A stretch of DNA of 64,000 bases, taken from Macrostomum lignano (taxonomy: Eukaryota). Positions 37,501-47,945 of the stretch are shown here, piece after piece. The stretch lies in assembly GCA_002269645.1 (NCBI GenBank), contig NIVC01000232.1, positions 195,684-259,683 on the forward strand, read 5' to 3'. The position numbers and the translations under genes are program-made. Positions within the stretch are counted from its first letter, which is position 1, and every line of letters starts with the position of its first letter. A model generated the notes under the pieces. It saw nothing but the letters and a program-made list of their open reading frames with translations, was not told the origin of the DNA and ran no database searches.

Positions 37501-39714
37501 CTCCCATCTATCTCCCATCTCTCTATCTCCTATCTCTCTATCTCCCATCTCTCTAACTCACCTTTCTCCATCTCCCATCTATCTCCCATCTCTCTATCTC
37601 CTATCTCTCTATCTCTCATCTCTCGAACTCACCTTTCTCCATCTCCAATCTATCTCCCATCTCTCTATCTTCCACTCTCCATCTTCCATCTCTATCTCCT
37701 ATCTCTTTATCTCCCATCTCTCTATCTCCCATCTCTCTATCTTCCTTTACCTTACAAATGCTCAATACTGTATGCAACACTCTCTCAGAAAGCAGCTTAT
37801 GCAATCTAGTGAGCATAAGTTATGGACTTGTGAAATGACTGCCGGATAGGGACGGCTTGGGAAAATGTTAATTTTAGAAATGTCAATTCCCGAACTGGGG
37901 TTTTTGTAGCCAGATCCGACACGGCTCCCATGCGACTATGGGGGGTTGAGAATAAAATACAGTGTGAGGATAAGAGCTGATGACCTGACTGACTTATCAG
38001 CAAAGTGTGCTCAGGCTTGCGCAAGTGACTGACTGACTGACAGACACTGAAATATGGGGGCTGAGGCGCAGCTAGGGCTGCTAAGATCCTAAAGCCCTTA
38101 AGGGAGAAATTGAACTCTCAACTCGAACGGTAACTTCACTATCAGCTGCGACTTCTAATAGGAGTTTCTTCCCTGGATCGGCAAGACAGTGTGCCAGTGA
38201 CTCATTTTCGTAGGACCTTATAAACGAGGTGAAAAAATGAAGTTTTTATGCATTTGAAAACTTTAGTAATTGTTTGGAATAAAATAAAGTTCAGAGTGGC
38301 TTCAGGAAGTGCCAAAATCTACTTCAGGGGAGTGCCAAAATCTAATTAAGGGGAGTGCCAAAATCTACTTCAGGGTAGTGCCAAAATCTACTTCAGGGTA
38401 GTGCCAAAATCTACTTCAGGGTAGCGCCAAAATCTACTTCAGGGTAGCGCCAAAATCTACTTCAGGGTAGCGCCAAAATCTACTTCAGGGTAGTGCCAAA
38501 ATCTACTTCAGGGTAGCGCCAAAATCTACTTCAGGGTAGCGCCAAAATCTACTTCAGGGTAGCGCCAAAATCTACTTCAGGGTAGCGCCAAAATCTACTT
38601 CAGGGTAGTGCCAAAATCTACTTCAGGGTAGCGCCAAAATCTACTTCAGGGAAACGCTAGAAAAAGTTTAACTGCACTTGAAAAAATCTCAGTACTCGTA
38701 TGATAGACCTAACGCAAAATAAAAACCTCAGCTGCAAATAATTATGAAGCTTTTCAATTGGCATTTCTTGCCTTTTCTGTCTTTCGTTTGACATGGACTA
38801 AAGCAAGAACATCACTTGAAGCTACAATTCTCTTCAAATTAATCTCCAACATTTAATCCAGTTTATTGATGCAGGCCACTTTTGAAGCGCGGGAGATCTG
38901 CGCAAATGAAAGAAAAACACATGCTTTCCGTTTACTTCTTAAATCGAATTGACTCTATCAAGAACTGCCCGTATTCGGTGCGCAAATTCCGTTGTTATTT
39001 CTTCTGGCGAGATTCGCTCTCGATTTCACGCAACGACAACCGCAGGTGTCTAATTGGTTCTATTTATAAAAATTATTTTGCAGAAGAGGATCCGGCTCTG
39101 CTCAGATATATCAACGGAGACGGTAAAACAGGTAGGAAGACGCGACATGTTACTCATGATTTTGATCGTTTCTTTCCTCTCTTCCTCAAATCATTGATTC
39201 TTATTCTACTAACTGCCCTGCCCCATCATGTCCCAGCTGCTCAATCACTCACGTGACACAATGGGGGCCGCTCTTCCAAGCATAAATTATTCTTGTCAGC
39301 TAACGCTGGGACCGCCTGTCGAGACCAGTCCCCATCCGCTTGTCAAAGCTGTCGCAAGTGTCTGTGTTTCTCTCCCATGAACTGCGACATTTAACCAGAC
39401 TGAATGCAAAAGCTTGCGTGTGTGAGAAATAAAGTAAAGTAAAGTAGAAAAAAACTCATCAATGTGTCGCGGGTTGTTGGAGGACAACTTTGCTTTGCTT
39501 TATTTGTGCTTTATAGCTTGAATGAAAATGCTTTACGTGAGGACAGATGAGGCTCAGGAGGCTGCAAACTCTACTACGTCCCTACTGCTTGCTTATGAGT
39601 CACACACTCCATGATTTTAGCTCTGAGAGTTTTTGAGTCCTGAGCTTCGATTTCGCGTTAGGAAAATTTATCTAAAGATTCAAGATAGATCGACAGACAC
39701 TAATACACAGACGA

Positions 39715-39761
<47 letters not shown>

Positions 39762-39767
39762 GGCAGG

Positions 39768-39799
<32 letters not shown>

Positions 39800-41271
39800 A
39801 TTTTTGGTATGAAAATCATTAACCAGTTAATGGTAATAATTGATTGCACCTGCGGCGCAACTGAAGGCTGCTTACGGCTGTTCAGTCCAAGGACTGGGGG
39901 GTCCTCACACACAGCCTCAATTACCCCAGCTAATGCTGGCACCCATTTTACAGCTGGGTGAACTCAAATGACTGTAGATTCATAGCAACTGACTGACTTT
40001 AATGGTGAGAACCTCATCCCAATTTCAGTGAGCTCAGACCACGCAGCCAACCTCAACAACTTGGCCATCTACATTGGCCTGTTTGTAGCTGCCGCAGTTG
40101 TACTAACCGTTGTCATGGTGATTGTCTATCTGGTCAGAAAGAAGTCCGTGTCAGGTTTCGCCTCTGGACGTCGTAGAAGTCTGCGTCAGCATCAGCATCA
40201 CACTAATGGTGAGTTGTTGAGCGATTCCCCACATGAGGGCCAATCCCCCAAGGGACAGAGACTGTACATGCCCGACGATTAGATATTCAAAGGGTCGCTG
40301 TGTACACCCTGTGTGAGAATTTCCATCAGTGCTTGTTTAAGACGATGCCCTCAGCCCCTCCTGCAATTACTAATATTTTTGTAGTGAATCTGAAGCTACT
40401 GATGACTCCGTTTTGAAAGGTTTAGAAAGCAGACAATTTTGCAATAATCTAGCCTATAAAAGCTTCGGTGGAATGTCTTCTAGTTATAACAAAAAATCTG
40501 AGACAGAAACTTCCTAATATAGCATTTATATAATCCATAACAGAGTGAGTGACATTCTCAATTTTTCAATTTCGCACTCAAATTGTATATGGCGATTACG
40601 TAATAGCTACAGACTTCGTAAAACTTTTCACTTTCCTATGTCAATAAAAAATCTATAAAACTTTGCGAACATTTGAACCAAGAGTTATAGAGAACAGGTG
40701 TTCCGCGAAAATGTTAAGGCTTGAGAAAGGAAAAGTTACAGAGGCACAATATTCTGCAATGGATTACTAGTTGAGTATGACTGCTCCAACCACATTGCAG
40801 TGAACTGTTCAACAGTCAGTTCCAACGACAAGGACGTCAAACACACCAATGGTGAGCGGATGATTTTTTTTTATTCGACAAAAATTTCCTTAGGATATTT
40901 TTATTGCGGATTCTGATGTCAACTTTTGCGATTACGTAATAACATTGGGTTAAATGTATGGGGTAAAATGTCAAGTCTACAATCTGTAAGCTTTACGAGT
41001 TAAACCCGTGGTCTTTAAGCCTAGGGGTTCATGCGTATAGCTGTGGGTGATATGGCTGGCAGAAATCTGAGGCTGCAAAATGCACAGCAGATATGGCTGA
41101 AAACTGGTGCACATGCTTTGTGCGGTTATATCGCGTTGTGGACTTCAACAGGCAGGTCGATTCATTATAAATAGACACATGACAGACAGACAGACGGACA
41201 CTAAGACAGGCCGACAGACAGAGAGGCAGACACTAAGACACTAAGACACTAAGACAAGCAGACAGACACTA

Positions 41272-41302
<31 letters not shown>

Positions 41303-43163
41303 TAGATAGATAGATAGATAGATAGACTCAAAGCAATCAAGTAGTTAAGGCGGTATTTTTTATTTCCAAAAAAAAATCTAGAAAAGAAAACAAGCGTAAC
41401 TTGCAAAACAAATTCAATAATAAAGAGCAGCAGCAGCAGAAACTGGCAGATTAACAGAAGATGATTTGTGTTTTCTTTCAATTTCCCGCTCTGGCCGTCC
41501 CGTCCTGCAGCCTCAAGCCCTAAGCCGATGGCTCCCTGCCCATCCCCCATCCGAAGATAAAATTGGGGTTGCAGACAGAATCTCTTCACCATCGGAGCAA
41601 CAACCCCCCGCCAACCCATTTTTCCCCAGCTGCCTCGCTTCTGCATGCTTGTCAGTCCAGACCCATGCAGGGCCCGAGGGCAGCCCCTCTACTTCCCTTA
41701 TTCCGCATTAAGTTTGCTTACCAACCAGGCTGACGGAGAAAAAACTTGGAGGTACCTGAAGTCATTTTTTTCTCTACCTTTCTTTCATTCGCAAAGAAAA
41801 ATGAATCATCCCATTCCACATCGGCTTTGCATGTCTGAATTGTCGGTTGAACTCTCTTCTCGTCTCCTACTGCCTCACACACGCACCAGAGAGGGGATTT
41901 TAGAGATGCTTTATGGCGCTTTTTACCTCCTACTCAAGGGCTTGAGTTATTGTCATTTCTGTCTGAATATAGCTGCCATTTTATTTACAGTAAAAAAGCT
42001 ACCTAATTATAGTTGACAAATATTTGAGAATTTCAAAATCAAGATAAACAGGTTGATGGAGGCTAAGGCATTATCTAGGACACTATGGCACTGTCTAGGA
42101 TACTAAGGCACTATCTACATGTAGATCACTAAGGCCACTGTCTAGGACAGACACTGAGACAATGTCTAGGACAGACACTGGGCCACTGTCTAGGACAGAC
42201 ACTGAGACACTGTTTAGGACAGACACTGAGACATTGTCCAGGACAGACACTGAGACACTGTCTAAGACAGACACTGAGAAATTGTCCAGGACAGACACTG
42301 AGACACTGTCCAAGACAGACACTGGGACACTGTCCAAGACAGACACTGAGAAATTGTCCAGGACAGACACTGAGACACTGTCCAGGACAGACACTGGGAC
42401 ATTGTCTAGGACAGACACTGAGACACTGTCCAGGACAGACACTGAGACATTGTCTAAGACAGACACGACGGCAGGCTCTAAGGCACTGTACAACCAGAGA
42501 CACTAAGACACACTAGGATACTGGCTAAGACAGGAACAAAGACAAGACAGACACTTTAGGACAGGCCAATTTGCAAGAAAAACAAAATCATAATCGAAAA
42601 GTCAAAGACTAAAGTTGCATATGATTTGCTTGAAATAAACTCTAACCCCCTTCCCCCAACTCAACAGAGCTGCTGCTACCGCCAGAGCTGAGCAGCAGTG
42701 GGACTACAATTAAAAATCCCAACGTAATCGAGATGTCGCAGCATCACGGACATCAGCAGCAGCAGCAGGTGCGAATGCAGACGGGCGAATCTCAGCTCCC
42801 GGTTCACCTGCCGATGTCTTCAACCTACCAGAGCATTGCCAAACATCAGCCGGTGTTCCACTACGCCACCTGCTACGCTAGCAGCCCCGTGGACTTCAGC
42901 GGACGCCCCAGTTCGGCGTTGTACGAGCTGGCTGCTCCTGGCTGCCAACTGCAGCAACAGCAGCAGCCACTGCTGCCCGGCAGTGCCAAGCCTGAGCAGC
43001 TGGCTTGGGCTCGACTGGGACCCGGTGGTGGACGGGTTTGCCTTGCTGAGACTGGTGAGTCTGCCGGTGTGTCTTATTGTCTGTCTTACAGTGTCTTAAA
43101 GCTTGTCTGCCTGTCCTACAGTGTCTTAAAGCTTGTCTATCTGTCTTACAGTGTCTTAAACAT

Positions 43164-43196
<33 letters not shown>

Positions 43197-43201
43197 GTCT
43201 A

Positions 43202-43236
<35 letters not shown>

Positions 43237-43239
43237 TAG

Positions 43240-43308
<69 letters not shown>

Positions 43309-43311
43309 TAG

Positions 43312-43348
<37 letters not shown>

Positions 43349-45788
43349 CGTATCCGTCCCACTCTACTGGTTAAAAAAGGCCTTGCAATCGCCATGCCAG
43401 TCTGGTCGCTCAGCTACCAGGTGCTTGTCCCAGGTCGCACGCTTCAAAGACTTGAATCATAGCGTGAAGCTTGAATGCGTCTTCCTGGCTTAGCAGGTTC
43501 CCGACAAAGCCCTATAGAATGTTCTTCCGGTTCACTGGAAATGCGAGGATTTAATGGGTGCAGCCCTGCCAATTGCTTGTCAAGAGGACTGGCTGTTACG
43601 CAACGCATGCGCCAGCTAGTCTTCAGCAAAAAATACTTGCTGATGGGAGTTAACGCTCCACTGAACTAACGACGGCAGCTTAACTTTTTTCTTCCTTGTT
43701 GACCTCGAAACCTCTTTTCGCTTCCTTGATAAAGTCTGCCAACAATTTTAGGTGTGCAGAGGCGGTTCTTAAAAAAATTAATCGCATTGCAAATTTTCTT
43801 CAAGTGGTTTGCCCCGACGAATTTTTTGTTTTGACCTCACCTGGTAGTTTTCTGAAATTCTACAATCCTAAATTACAGGCGTCTCTTTGACTGTCCCGCC
43901 CGCCTGCCTGACCGCGTCCAGCGAGATCTTCCTGACGGTTTGTCCCGATCCGAGTGATCGACCGCCAGTCATGTCCGACCGCCAGACTCTACTGTCCCCA
44001 GTAGTCACGTGCGGCGCCGCGGCTGGCAGCTCGAGGCTTGCGCGGCCAGTTGTGCTGACCCTGCCGCACGCGGCCTGCCTCCGTCAGGGCTTCTGGAACG
44101 TCACCGTGCTCTGCCGCAGTGACTTGGACACCGCAACGCCGGGCGTCTGGAAGGAGCTCCTTCGCGTTGGCAGCGAGAATCAGCAATCGCAGCAGCAGCA
44201 GCAGCAGTCGTCAGCTTTCTGTCAGCTGGATCAGACCGTCTGTCACCTGATGCTGCCTCGGCTCGGCAGCTTCTGCCTTGTTGGCCAATCCCTCGACGGT
44301 GGCTGCGCGGTGAAGCAGCTCCGTCTGGCCGCTTTCGCCGCTCCGCTATCTCTGTCGGCTTCGTCGGACTTCAGCCTGCGGCTCCACGTGCTCAGGGACA
44401 CGCCAGACGCGCTGGACCAGGTGGTTGCGAGCGAGAGGCAGGCTGGCGCTCGGCTCATTGACGCACCGAGGCAGCTGGCATTCAGGGACTGTGGCGAGAA
44501 GCTCTGTCTGAGCATTGAGGAGTTGTCTCTGGGCTGGCGATCCAAGTGCAAACACCAGGAAGTGCCTTTCGGCCACGTCTGGAGCAGTCACCAAGCTGGC
44601 GGCCTGCACTGCGGATTCAGTCTGGAGCACGTGGATCCAACTCGACAGAGTGTCTCCTGTAAAATTGTGATCTACCAGAGCCGCTACTACAACTGCAGAC
44701 AGGTGGTTCACATTGTCAGTAGTAAAAATGACGTAAGTTACTTAAAAATCTGTTTTGGTTGGCTACTTTTAGACATTTGCCCAGGCAACAAAACGTCTCA
44801 ACTCACTATAAACTTTGCAGTTACCCTGTGTGAATCATGAAGGCAGTCCGGCTTGTCCCACAAGCGCCATGCTCGATCCAAGCAGGCTGGGACTGCATGT
44901 TGACCCGACTCCGACTGTGTTCCGGTGAGTCAATTGTATGCACCTGAATTTGGTTTGATGAAAATTTTTGCACATGAGGAAGGGGGAGCGACATTGCAAT
45001 GAGGTTTTTACGGATGCCGTGAATGCTAATTTCAACCTGTCACTGACCATAATGAGCACTAGCACGTACACGAATAAGTGTCAGAGCGTCACTATAAGTG
45101 TCAGAGCGTCACTATAGGTGTCAGAGCGTCACTATAAGTGTCAGAGCGTCACTATAGGTGTCAGAGCGTCACTATAAGTGTCAGAGCGTCACTATAGGTG
45201 TCAGAGCGTCACTATAAGTGTCAGATAGTCACTATAAGTGTCAGAGCGTCACTATAGGTGTCAGAGCGTCACTATAAGTGTCAGAGCGTCACTATAGGTG
45301 TCAGAGCGTCACTATAGGTGTCAGAGCGTCACTATAAGTGTCAGAGCGTCACTATAGGTGTCAGAGCGTCACTATAAGTGTCAGAGCGTTACTTACTGTG
45401 TCAGAACGTCCGATTGTCCATTGACTTACTGTACCTATCTAAATGATCGTAACGCGTCTCAAACAAACAAACAAGCAGTGATATTGGTATCCTTTTTGCG
45501 ACCTTCAGGCTGCCGCCCCGACTGCGCAGAGCTGTCTGCCAGCTCCTGGACGCTCCCAGTCCCCGCGGCGGCGGACACGACTGGCTGACTCTTAGTCGCA
45601 TGATGGGTATCGAACGGTGCGTGAATTACTTCGCTTGCCAGGTGAGCCCAACCGAGTGCCTGCTGGACCTGTGGGAGGCGCGCTCGAGAGAGGAAGACTC
45701 GCTGGCTCGTCTAGTGGAGAGCTTGAAAGCGATCAATCGGCAAGACGTAGCCAGCCTATTAGAAGGCGACCTAGATCGATGGCACTAA
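28559..45788 (+). CDS. unc5: UNC5 netrin receptor (signal peptide, Ig, Ig, TSP1, TSP1, TM, ZU5, UPA, death domain), about 1023 aa
   Basis: Phase-consistent GT-AG exons: 28559-29051, 31293-31402, 33500-33683, 36350-36547, 37124-37306, [39084-39131 tentative], 40029-40208, [40801-40851 tentative], 42668-43054, 43879-44732, 44821-44924, 45509-45788 (sum 3072 nt). Motifs: Ig (CNCEAWN; CTPPKGTPKPQVKWLKDG; DRGNYSCVA), TSP1 (VDGGWSDW...RQCTNPEP; VNGAWSPWSSWSYC...RSCTNPAPRNGG), TM (LAIYIGLFVAAAVVLTVVMVIVYLV-RKK), ZU5 (GPGGGRVCLAETGVSLTVPP...LLSPVVTCG...RPVVLTLPH), UPA (KQLRLAAFA...LRLHVLRDTPDAL), death domain (LLDAPSPRGGGHDW...YFACQVSPTECLLDLWEAR). This architecture is diagnostic of UNC5. Confidence 0.93.
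31435..32695. repeat. 20-bp minisatellite (TCAGAGTTGCTAGAAGGATG)n in UNC5 intron
   Basis: Direct reading. Confidence 0.96.
33690..35040. repeat. 26-bp minisatellite (GTCTAACAGGTGTGACACTATCCCCT)n, interrupted by a MITE at 33862-34392
   Basis: Period 26; begins at the donor of the 33500-33683 exon. Confidence 0.95.
33862..34392. mobile_element. Non-autonomous hAT-type DNA transposon (531 bp)
   Basis: Perfect 13-bp TIR CAGTGGTGTGATT (33862) / AATCACACCACTG (34380-34392). Perfect 8-bp TSD TCCGCCCT at 33854-33861 and 34393-34400. Subterminal GCGCGAA repeats. An 8-bp TSD with CAG termini is characteristic of hAT. Confidence 0.88.
35575..36305. repeat. 22-23-bp minisatellite (AAAAATGGCACTCTCCCGAATCC)n
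   Basis: Direct reading; ends about 45 nt before the TSP1-1 exon acceptor. Confidence 0.94.
36655..36960. repeat. Degenerate 21-bp minisatellite (GTTGATCTAATCTCTACCCTC)n
   Basis: Direct reading. Confidence 0.85.
37370..37740. repeat. CT-rich minisatellite (CTATCTCCCATCTCT core)
   Basis: Direct reading. Confidence 0.88.
38310..38652. repeat. 23-bp minisatellite (GCCAAAATCTACTTCAGGGTAGC)n
   Basis: Period 23. Confidence 0.94.
39084..39131 (+). CDS. unc5: Tentative 48-nt symmetric (phase 1-1) UNC5 juxtamembrane exon (KEDPALLRYINGDGKT)
   Basis: ttattttgcag acceptor, G|GTAGGA donor (alternative donor at 39123 gives 39 nt), open frame between TSP1-2 and TM. Confidence 0.55.
39715..39795. repeat. 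(GACA)n microsatellite
   Basis: Direct reading. A similar GACA/GATA tract lies at 41180-41327. Confidence 0.9.
39836..39965 (-). mobile_element. Possible 5'-truncated SINE fragment
   Basis: Minus strand reads CACCCAGCTGTAAAATGGGTGCCAGCATTAGCTGGGGTAA...CAATCAATTATTA. From memory this resembles the conserved central domain of V/Meta-type tRNA SINEs followed by an AT-rich tail. No Pol III head is visible. Confidence 0.35.
40801..40851 (+). CDS. unc5: Tentative 51-nt symmetric (phase 1-1) UNC5 cytoplasmic exon (VNCSTVSSNDKDVKHTN)
   Basis: cacattgcag acceptor, G|GTGAGC donor, open frame. Confidence 0.55.
42085..42470. repeat. 24-bp minisatellite (GGACAGACACTGAGACACTGTCCA)n
   Basis: Direct reading; each unit has a GGACAG...CTGTCC dyad. 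Confidence 0.92.
43075..43348. repeat. (TCTG)n microsatellite
   Basis: Direct reading. Confidence 0.93.
45075..45390. repeat. 20-bp minisatellite (GTGTCAGAGCGTCACTATA[A/G])n
   Basis: Direct reading. Confidence 0.95.
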
Positions 45789-45921
45789 TTGAATCACGGC
45801 AAAATTTGCATTATTAACACCTTCCAGCGTGTTTTCTATATTATAAAAGCACCAGACTTGTTTTTGCTAGTCAGCCTATTACGAATTTCGGTTTGCAAAA
45901 AATAGTATTCTTGTTATTTTA

Positions 45922-45961
45922 AATAAAGCATTATTCAGAATAGACGTAATGATTCAATAAA
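45922..45961 (+). promoter_or_regulatory. Candidate UNC5 polyadenylation signals (AATAAA at 45922 and 45956)
   Basis: Located 130-170 nt after the stop codon; AT-rich context lowers specificity. Confidence 0.4.
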
Positions 45962-47067
45962 AAATTCAATATTAAAGAAACAGTGACAAACAACTGATAA
46001 GTTACTAAGCGAATGATTTAACGAAGTAGGGTTTCATCTAGCTTATGCCGGTGTTCTTTCATGAATTGTCAATACGCATATTTCTTATTATGAAACGGTA
46101 CTTATACCTAAAACCTACAAATAGGTTAACATTACGATGTAAAATTTTACGATGTTGTAATGAAAGTTTTTAATACCTAACTTTTAATATTGATAATTCG
46201 AATAGTAACTTAATTTCATTTAGCCAATTGCCAGCTGTCGTCTCTTGCTTTATTCCATGAGTGTCTTTTATAAGGCTAGAAAACTATGATTGATAATCTT
46301 TTAATTCGTTATCTAAATTATTTATAATTTAAACGAACGCGGGATTAAAACAAAAAATAATGAAGTACTTACGCCTCGATTTTCTACCACCTTTTATAAA
46401 CAAATTTTCGGCTGTTTATAAGCTTTTGTTCAGTGTTGTTTATAAGAACCTTTAATATAACCGATGAACTTGATGTACTTAAACAATTTTTTGCCATTTT
46501 CTTGACAAGCTGTTTTAAAAAACGAAAGCGATGTTCAATAATTTCTTTGAGAAATTCACCGTTACAAACAAATTGAACCTTGTATAAATTTCAAATGCAT
46601 ATAGTAATTATTTTTTGTTACTTCGAGGGTGACTCTTCAGTTTTAATATATTGTCAAAATTTTTCTTACCTTCCACTGTGAACTGAATTATGCTGTATAG
46701 CAAAATTTCCATTCGTAGCACTAATGCAGTCAAACTTCAAAGATGTGAAAAATGGAATTCATATTAATATATTGTTAATTTAATTTTGCTTGTTAATTTA
46801 AGATGCGTTGCTTGCGACTAAAAAACTATTTAATTAGAAGTTATTGGCTCAAATTTTTAAATACATTATAATTGTTGCATATCTAAAAAAGTCATACGTG
46901 TAAATAGTCTTTATTTAATAAAAATTGTGACGTAATTAATATGCAAGTGCTTGTCGTGCTTATAATTAATTTAAACGTTCCAATTAAACAAAAAAGTTTA
47001 GACAATTTTGTGCGTTAAAAATTACACATGTGATAAGTATAGTTTTGCTTTAAGAAATCTGCAGAAT

Positions 47068-47787
47068 TCACAGATCGCCAACATCCGCTGCGGCGTTGAT
47101 TCGTCCGACTCCGTGAACGTCAGCGCGATCGAGGGCCGCGGCCACCTCGGGCAGCTGGCCGTCTCGAAGAAGCTGCTGGCCGCCACCACCGCTGCCGTCG
47201 CCTCGAGGTGTACTTTTGCTAGTCGTGTCTGCGTTAGTTTATTTGATAATAAATTTGTGTGTGCAACAGGATCAAGTTAGTAATCATGCAACAACAATAT
47301 AAAATCTTTCAAACCCATCACCAATTCTAAATTATTTAAATGTACTAGGTTGATACTCGTAAGAAAGTTCTCGCCGTTTCTAGAAAATACCAGAAACTTT
47401 TTTTCCAGAATGTTCTGAATTACTGATTTACTGAATTACTGAATAACTTTGTTTGAATTGCTTCGTTGAATAACTTTGTTGTTATACTCGTGAAATTTCG
47501 TTTGGTTGAAATGAAGAAAAAACGGCGAGAAATTTCTTATCAACCGGATAATACTTACTTCGAGCACGCATCTTACTGAATACTTCGATTCCAGCGAGCG
47601 AGAGATCCGGAATTTCTGGAAATATTGACGCTGGAAATTAATTATACATGTCTATTTGCATTAAAATACATGTACATATATAGACACAAGAAGGGGCAGA
47701 CAGACAGACAGAGAGACAGACGGACAGACAGACAGGCAGGCAGCAAGTAGTAGACAGACAGACGGGCAGGCAGACAGACAGGCAGGC

Positions 47788-47820
<33 letters not shown>

Positions 47821-47828
47821 GGCAGCAC

Positions 47829-47859
<31 letters not shown>

Positions 47860-47911
47860 GGCAGATAAACAGACAGACAGACAGACAGACAGAAAGGCAG
47901 GCAGGCAGAAT

Positions 47912-47945
<34 letters not shown>

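Noticed and set aside
40801-40851. Caspase (dependence-receptor) DxxD site in the UNC5 juxtamembrane region
   Set aside because: The sequence is SNDKDV, which is not a DxxD match.
43989-44711. Antisense ORFs over UNC5 and Amt exons (also 48187-48529, 56710-57052, 63300-63596)
   Set aside because: Shadow frames of GC-rich coding exons.
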